Positions 1 through 7,800 of a stretch of 12,294 nucleotides of DNA are shown one piece after another. Numbering within the stretch: position 1 is the first letter of the stretch; every line of letters begins with the position of its first letter. A program made the position numbers and the translations under genes. The notes under the pieces are model-generated. The model searched no databases. It was not told where the DNA came from and was given only the letters and a program-made list of their open reading frames with translations. Source of the DNA: Paraphysomonas bandaiensis (Eukaryota > Protista > Chrysophyceae); NCBI GenBank assembly GCA_965644295.1, contig CBFFRP010000641.1:1-12294 (forward strand). Reading direction: 5' to 3'.

Positions 1-1615
1 GGTACTAAGAGGACATGGTTGAAATTGTCTAAAGTATTTCCTGGACATACAATAACTACGGAAGTTATTCAAGATTTGATTGATCGTTGTCCAATATGCC
101 AGAAACTGAATGCGGGTATGAGTACTTCATTACAAGCGCCGATTAGAGCACTTGACTCAGAGCATTGTCGTCAATTTGTAGGTTTTGATACGCTTACAGT
201 TTCACCGCCGGACAAGTATGGACATTGCTGCATACATGTTGTCAAACAGATGCCTTCTCGTTTAATCGGTCTTTATCCAGCTAAGGATTACAAAGCGGTT
301 GGAGTCGCACGTGCATTGTTCAGTTATTTTGTTACATATGGAATATCAGAAGTTATGATATCAGATCCTGGATCTAATATTACAGCAGAGGTTGTACAAT
401 TGCTTTTGAAATGGTTTGGTGTGCGTTTTCGAATGTCTTTAGTAGATCGACATGAATCAAATATGGTTGAGAGAACTCATCAAGAGACGCTAAGGTTTCT
501 AAGTGCATTGGTGCATGATGAACGTTTACAGGATGTATGGGGAGATCCAGAATGTTACTTACTGATTCAGTTCATTCTTAATGATGAAGTTAGCAGTGAG
601 ACTGGTTTGTCGCCATTTGAGTTTACATTTGGTACTGCTGCTATGCCATACTTTAAATTAACGGATAATGTTAATGTGAGTAGCGCTATGGAGTATATTG
701 CCAAGTTTAATGAACATCTTGAGACGATTCGTGAAATTGCAAATGAGGTTCAGCGTAAGATACAAAACAAGCGTAAATCTAAGACGCCAGTTGAGAGCTT
801 AACCCAATATCAACCGGGCCAACTTGTATTATTCCAATTAAATCCAAAGCGCCACAAGCCTACGAAGTTATATCCTCGTTTTAAGGGACCTTATGAAGTG
901 GTGTCAACTTATAAAGCTGATGTTACATGTGTTCATATTGGTGTCAACTTATAAAGCTGATGTTACATGTGTTCATATTGTCATGCGTTTTGAAGTGGTA
1001 TTGCACATGTCATGGCTTAAACCGTTTTTTGGAACACTTGATGATGCATATCGTGTAGCCCAAATTGATTTCAACCAACATACAGTGCGTTCTATCGTTG
1101 CTCATAGAGGAGATCCTGAAGTGCGTACTACAATGGATTTTCAAGTACAGTTTGAGGATGGTTCTTTGTTGTGGATACCATCATGGTCCCTAGATATTTC
1201 CTCTACTTCACATTTCCAATTATACTGTGAACAACGACCATATCTTTTTCCGTTACTATTTACTGCTACCATGGCTAAAGCTGAACGTACTCGTATGAAA
1301 CGTATTCCTATTGAGGGAGTGTCTCCTGGTCAAACTATTTATGTAGATTTGCGTGCTTGGGGTGCCGATTTTTATGATACACTAGACTTACCGAATTGTT
1401 ATACGACTATTGATGTTGTGGAGTGTAACTATGTACGGTGGGCGGGTCGTCGTAAATTGCGTATTGATCTATACTGCCCTTTGTTTCAGTCTACATATTA
1501 TGAATGGAGTGCCTATGACGTTCATTGCTACGGTCGAGTTACTACATTTGACTCTTCTATTATGGTGTTGGTCGATACGGAGTTTTGCAAGAGATTTCCT
1601 GATATACTCTTGTAA
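1..1615 (+). pseudogene. pol: Gypsy pol C-terminus: integrase-chromodomain, frameshifted by a 40-bp duplication
   Basis: Frame 1 is open from base 1 (GTKRTWLKL...CPICQK, second half of the HHCC zinc finger). Catalytic motifs are FVGFDT, MISDPGSN and SNMVERTH; TGLSPFEFTFG and KLYPRFKGPYEV (GPY/F) follow. Removing one 40-bp copy at 901-980 fuses ORF 19..954 in frame with ORF 893..1615 (HMSWLKPF, then chromodomain VRSIVAHRG...FQVQFEDG..LW), ending at TAA 1613-1615. Confidence 0.92.
901..980 (+). repeat. Perfect 2 x 40-bp tandem duplication
   Basis: gtgtcaacttataaagctgatgttacatgtgttcatattg occurs identically at 901-940 and 941-980. Confidence 0.99.
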
Positions 1616-1833
1616 ACAGGTTTTATTCTTCTATTTTGAAATCATATTTACAATATTCTTTTATTTCTATTACAATATTATTACCTTGTCTATCTAGTTT
1701 ATTCTCAATCTAATATATGTTTGAATCTGATTTTGTTTGCTTATACTTAGAATGACGCTATCTAGTATGGCCGATTTAAGTATTTGCATACATGAATCAC
1801 AGTATCTGTATTCACAATCTAATTTCTTCAGCT

Positions 1834-1851
1834 GGGGGGAAAAGAGGGTAG
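1834..1851 (+). other. Polypurine tract (plus-strand primer of the retrotransposon)
   Basis: ggggggaaaagagggtag lies about 220 bp after the pol stop and directly before TGT. Confidence 0.88.
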
Positions 1852-2312
1852 TGTAACGCAGTACTGGTTACTTATACTGCGTTATTAGTAGTATGATATA
1901 TTACTCTTCTGTTGTACTCTCTAACACGTACAGAGTGTTTTAGTGTTTTCAGTTTTCAGTTTTATTTTCAGTTTCTACTCTCAGAGTGTTGAAGCTGTAC
2001 ATGCATACCGGATAAAATACTTCTAATCGGGTGTGTTGTGTGTTGAAGTGAAATGCTGAACATGATGTATGTGTATGTGTGTGTTACACTGTAGAGATGT
2101 ATAGCTGTGTTACTCTTTCTTTTCTATATAACGTTTTAATAACGATTCAATTAAGCTCATTCGCGGTTTGCGTTTGTGTGGAGGAGTTCTACCCGCTGGT
2201 AGACTTAACAGTGTAGCAGCCCGCTGGCGTACACTCTAAATCTGTTAAAACGTTTTTAGTAAGAGCTTTTTGTCTTTCACGTGTTTCTAGTTCTCAGAAA
2301 CATCACACTACA
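1852..2312 (+). repeat. 3' LTR (start firm, end uncertain)
   Basis: Starts TGTAAC right after the PPT. Candidate ends are GTTACA at 2083-2088 (6-bp inverted match) or CACTACA at 2312 (TGTA/TACA match). The 2312 end includes the TATATAA box and falls near the switch from G/T-rich to A/C-rich composition. Confidence 0.7.
2125..2131 (+). promoter_or_regulatory. Candidate LTR TATA box
   Basis: TATATAA follows a pyrimidine run in the middle of the putative LTR; supported by position only. Confidence 0.35.
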
Positions 2313-2736
2313 CCGAACTGATCAAACTTGGGAAGAAGTTTCCACTCCGAACTACTGTCTGCTACCATGTTAGAAAGTGACATTTTTAGTAATAAGACCT
2401 TGATAAACACTTATATAGAATATTATATATTATAATTATAAGAGATACCATACTTCATTCATTGACGTTCACCAACTCTTTTTATCTCTACTATACCAAC
2501 CATTTCTAGTACGATCTTACATAATAGTCACTATCTTGTACAGTCAGTATATTTCAGTCTCATCACTACAATGGCAATCATATTATTGGTTCTCATAATA
2601 CAGCTAGCTACTACTGTATTCTTTGAGTAACGGATATAATTCAAATATCTTGGAAACTACAGCTTTTAATTGCTCACAAACAGCAAAACTCAACAAATAG
2701 AAAGTAGCTGAAATGCTAGTAGTAAATGCTCTCAAC

Positions 2737-2756
2737 TATATAATATATATATATAT
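2737..2756. repeat. (TA)n microsatellite, one interruption
   Basis: tatataatatatatatatat. Confidence 0.85.
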
Positions 2757-3032
2757 GCACGACGTATTATTCCGTAAAAATTACTTTAAGTTAGTTTGTT
2801 TAAAAAGTTCTTAGCGACCTCATTCAACGGCTAAAAATGGAAAAATATTTTGCAGATAACTAGCTATATTATCAACTAAACAACTAGTTAGAGTGTTGTG
2901 TAGTACTTTTAAAATTGGATTAATAGTATCTAGTTAGTTTAGGTACTATATGTATCATAAGAAGTTGTAAAAAGCAATTTAAATAAATAGCGTGAAATTT
3001 TGAAGCTAATTGAACTGACTAATAGTTACGTT

Positions 3033-3834
3033 TTATACCAAGTAGTCATCATTATCACCTTGCCACACATCAACCTCATCGTCTCCCTTTATAACTAAAT
3101 CATCAACTTCTACATCAGTTTGTCCTCTTCATACTCAGCTAAAAGTCAATAACATCAGAATACATACCCTTCTCACGATATCTAATTTCTTGTTCTAAGT
3201 CACGATATTCACCCACACTAGACGTTCAGATATTCTACACTCAATGCGCTTATTACATTCCAAACGACGCTTAAGGTAAATGCGACGCTTATTTGTGATA
3301 CTTGCACTTTCACGACGAAGGCACAGCTCACGCATTTTTCCAAAATGGAAACCCATTTTTGGTCATTCGATACCTTAGCTGATAATGTGTAACCTCATGG
3401 TTGTGGACATCCTTAAACCACTTCTGTATATCCGGCAACTCTACTGCTCTACCTTCCTCACTTCTGATACGCCAAACCTTATGTCAAACTTGGAAGATTA
3501 ACAACCTTGAAGAGGGATTCATTACCTCTGCTCGTATAGGACCTGTCCAATCCGAGTTAATGTATTTCATGTGCCCCGGGTATATTGATTCATAGCTGCT
3601 ATGAGGAAGTGTAGTATCCTTGTTATCAACCCATTCTTTCCATAAGCTGTATAGCGTACTAACGCCAATACCTAAATAGTCGCTAGCGCGATTCATGACG
3701 TCAGTAATACTTCTCATTTGATGGCCGTTATAGAAGTCATGACGCATGCACCAAATTAACCTCAAAGACATGCTTATATCATCCATAGACAGAGTAGTAC
3801 CACTACAGCGACTACTGGAACATATAATTTCCAA
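3033..3834 (-). pseudogene. Degenerate IS630/Tc1/mariner-superfamily transposase (DNA-binding part and acidic tail; catalytic core not seen)
   Basis: First HTH is RASDYLGIGVSTLYSLWKEW. Manual translation past the annotated stop gives (V)WRIRSEEGRAVELPDIQKWFKDVHNHEVTHYQLRYRMT, then a 1-nt frameshift in the T5 run at 3356-3360, then KMGFHFGKMRELCLRRESASITNKRRIYLKRR, resembling the second HTH/linker (L.KMGF.F.K...E...I...R..YL). Frameshifted fragments follow, ending in acidic DVEVDDLVIKGDDEVDVWQGDNDDYLV* (TAA 3035-3033). Confidence 0.7.
3478..3525 (-). other. Probable 48-nt spliceosomal intron in the transposase relic
   Basis: Minus strand reads GAG|gtaatg...tgacataag|GTT. The segment contains the in-frame TGA; removing it gives continuous PIRAE-VWRIRSEEG. 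Confidence 0.5.
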
Positions 3835-4786
3835 TGGTATTTATATTGTTGGGTCGGTTTAAAAAAATTCATCAATATTATTAGTACTGCAACATTATAT
3901 TGTTCCCAGCCCTGATATCACTTAATACCTAATTAGTAAAATTGTGATCATCATACTCATCATTTATTCACATTTATGAATATATATTCTCACCACTACC
4001 AGTCATTATTATCAGTTCTTAGATAGACATAGCATTATTTCACTATTCAAAACAATTACGTTTATCTAAACTACTTCATAGCATAATATTATCATTAATT
4101 TGTATAATATAATATTTAAGGATTAATATAATATAATGTCAGTGTGGGAGATATGATATATAATAGTCGGAGGCGCGAGGTCAGCGAGCCCACAGTTTAC
4201 CCTCGAATGCTTTCACAAGAGTTGACAAGTAATTCTAACAATTATAAGTACTATATCGTACACGCAGCGGATGAAGAGGTAGGCCCTGAAATGTTGCGAT
4301 ACGTGAGGACAAATGAGCTAAAACACACCCAATTAGTTTCTTTCTACACCCTAAATTCCAAATACCTCAAAATGGGGGGCTGAGTGTGAGTAGAGAAATA
4401 GAAGCCTAAGAACGTTAGAAGTAATAGAAATTATATAAAATGAAAGAATATATGACTCGCTTTATATATAATATTCTATGATGGTTCTACTGTTCTACTG
4501 CTGAAATGTTGATCGGATGAAACATAGGCAATATTTTATAGCAGGCTATATTATTTAGATATTACACTTTTTAAACACAACTAAGAGCTACTCATCATAG
4601 CTGCAAACCCGCTTTATCACTATTAATCATACTTGTGTGACAGTATAACGGTCAGTAGACACTTTTATCTCACCACGCAATAAGAGATATATGTGGACAG
4701 CTAACCTTGGTATGTTCTAAATGCTCTCGATACCTCATATAATTGGGGATATGTTGAAATACTACACATGACATACTCAGCATTCA

Positions 4787-4805
4787 ATTATTATTGTTAT
4801 TATTA
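4787..4805. repeat. Short imperfect (ATT)n tract downstream of the fibre gene
   Basis: attattattgttattatta. Confidence 0.6.
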
Positions 4806-4892
4806 CTACGCATTTACCACCATGAACTCAGAAAATAACCAAGTAGGCCGGAATGTCGCTCAAAATTCTACAAACTACTACTCAATATTATC

Positions 4893-7800
4893 CTACCTAC
4901 AACTCCCTTCCAAATGTTCAACTCTACTTTCTATGTCTTCAAGTCTCTGTACCTTCGCAATCAAGACCTTAATTTCACTCTCCAAGGATGACAGCTTGTC
5001 GCCATATTCCACTCCCATTGAAGACTGCAAAGATTTTACACGTTCATCGATATAGTCTCTTGCACTTCCAACTGTCAACATATCAGCTTCAACATTCTCA
5101 CTTAACTCGCGTATTGCTTCCAAAAGAACAGGAACCAAAAGAATATAATTAACAGAGTAAAACCCGTTGTGATCAGTTGTAATTATTTCAGGGAAAATCG
5201 GCTTAACTTCTTGAGCAATAACTCCCATTGTGCGACGATCCAGTTCCGATATTTTATCCATAGGGAGACTTTTGTCCCATTTGAAATACACTCCACGAAT
5301 TTTGGATAGCTTTGATAAAACATTTTTCATAGGAGATATATTTGACTTCAGCCTGCGATCAGACGGCACCCAAACGTTAGTATTCGGGTTATATTTATAG
5401 GCCTGACCATAAACAGTTAGACCACTTGTAACAAGCAAACCACCATTCACAGTTAACTTATCATTGAATACGGAATCACCATCAACAGTAAGGCCGTTTC
5501 CAACTTTCAATCCGGCACCAGTAACTGTTAAACCACCTGCGGACTTCAGACCACTACTTGACACAGTTAATCCTGCTGCAACTTTCAAGCCAGAATCATT
5601 CACTGTAAATCCGCCTGTCACATCACCACCTCCAGTGCCAACCTTCAATCCAGCTCCACTTACTGTTAAACCGCCTGTCACATCACCACCACCCGTGGCA
5701 ACCTTCAATCCGGCACCAGTAACACTTAAACCACCTGCGGACTTCAGACCACTACTTGACACAGTTAATCCAGCTGCAACTTTCAAGCCAGAGTCATTCA
5801 CTGTTAAACCGCCTGTCACATCACCACCACCCGTGGCAACCTTCAAACCAGCACCAGTAACAGTCAATCCATCGTCAACCTTCAAGCCAGAATCATTCAC
5901 TGTTAAACCGCCTGTCACATCACCACCACCCGTGGCAACCTTCAAACCAGCGCCAGTAACAGTTAAACCACCTGCGGACTTCAGACCACTACTTGACACA
6001 GTTAATCCTGCTGCAACTTTCAAGCCAGAATCATTAACCGTGAAGCCACCTGTCACATCACCACCTCCAGTACCAACCTTCAAACCAGCTCCACTCACTG
6101 TTAAACCGCCGGTCACATCACCACCACCCGTGGCAACCTTCAAACCAGCACCAGTAACAGTTAAACCACCTGCGGACTTCAGACCACTACTTGACACAGT
6201 TAATCCTGCTGCAACTTTCAAGCCAGAATCATTCACCGTGAAGCCGCCTGTCACATCACCACCTCCAGTGCCAACCTTCAAACCAGCTCCACTTACTGTT
6301 AAACCGCCTGTCACATCACCACCACCCGTGGCAACCTTCAGTCCGGCACCAGTAACAGTCAATCCATCGTCTACCTTCAAGCCAGAATCATTTACTGTGA
6401 AGCCACCTGTCACATCACCACCACCCGTGGCAACCTTAAAACCAGCACCAGTAACAGTTAAACCACCTGCGGACTTCAGACCACTACTTGACACAGTTAA
6501 TCCTGCTGCAACTTTCAAGCCAGAATCATTCACTGTAAATCCGCCTGTCACATCACCACCTCCAGTGCCAACCTTCAAACCAGCTCCACTTACTGTTAAA
6601 CCGCCTGTCACATCACCACCACCCGTGGCAACCTTCAAACCGGCACCGGTAACAGTTAAACCACCTGCGGACTTCAGACCACTACTTGACACAGTTAATC
6701 CTGCTGCAACTTTCAAGCCAGAATCATTCACCGTGAAGCCGCCTGTCACATCACCACCTCCAGTGCCAACCTTCAAACCAGCTCCACTTACTGTTAAACC
6801 GCCTGTCAAATCACCACCACCCGTCGCGACCTTCAAACCAGCACCAGTAACAGTTAATCCATCGTCAACCTTCAAGCCAGAATCATTCACTGTAAAGCCA
6901 CCTGTCACATCACCACCTCCAGTGCCAACCTTCAAGCCAGCTCCACTCACTGTTAAACCGCCGGTCACATCACCACCACCCGTGGCAACCTTCAAACCAG
7001 CACCAGTAACAGTTAAACCACCTGCGGACTTCAGACCACTACTTGACACAGTTAATCCAGCAGCAACTTTCAAGCCAGAATCATTCACCGTGAAGCCACC
7101 TGTCACATCACCACCTCCAGTGCCAACCTTCAAACCAGCTCCACTTACTGTTAAACCGCCTGTCACATCACCACCACCCGTGGCAACCTTCAAACCAGCA
7201 CCAGTAACAGTTAATCCATCGTCAACCTTCAAGCCAGAATCATTCACTGTTAAACCGCCTGTCACATCACCACCACCCGTGGCAACCTTCAAACCAGCGC
7301 CAGTAACAGTTAAACCACCTGCGGACTTCAGACCACTACTTGACACAGTTAATCCTGCTGCAACTTTCAAGCCAGAATCATTCACCGTGAAGCCGCCTGT
7401 CACATCACCACCTCCAGTGCCAACCTTCAAACCAGCTCCACTTACTGTTAAACCGCCTGTCACATCACCACCACCCGTGGCAACCTTCAAACCAGCACCA
7501 GTAACAGTTAATCCATCGTCAACCTTCAAGCCAGAATCATTCACTGTAAAACCACCTGTCACATCACCACCTCCAGTGCCAACCTTCAAGCCAGCTCCAC
7601 TCACTGTTAAACCGCCGGTCACATCACCACCACCCGTGGCAACCTTCAAACCAGCGCCAGAAACTGTTAAACCACCTGCGGACTTCAGACCACTACTTGA
7701 CACAGTTAATCCTGCTGCAACTTTCAAGCCAGAGTCATTCACAGTGAAGCCACCTGTCACATCACCACCGCCAGTGCCAACCTTCAAACCAGCTCCACTT

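Larger units (their letters stand above)
1..2312 (+). mobile_element. Ty3/Gypsy (chromovirus-like) LTR retrotransposon, 3' part (integrase, 3' UTR, PPT, 3' LTR); 5'-truncated by the window
   Basis: Integrase is the last pol domain (Gypsy order) and carries GPY/F and a chromodomain. A purine tract at 1834-1851 is immediately followed by TGTAAC at 1852. The right boundary is uncertain (2088 or 2312). Confidence 0.9.

Noticed and set aside
893-954. Programmed ribosomal frameshift or separate gene start at ATG 893
   Set aside because: The overlap is fully explained by the 40-bp duplication, and no slippery heptamer is evident.
1410-1697. 95-aa hydrophobic ORF as a possible env-like gene
   Set aside because: It is an alternative frame of the integrase tail running into a T-rich UTR; the hydrophobicity is compositional.
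2605-2700. Short minus-strand peptide-like stretch (CEQLKAVVSKIFELYPLLKEYSSS*)
   Set aside because: Too short, with no recognisable family and no supportable start or splice structure.
3401-5055. Short + strand ORFs 3401..3595, 4144..4383 and 4768..5055
   Set aside because: They are short, lack recognisable motifs, and two are antisense to better-supported coding sequences.
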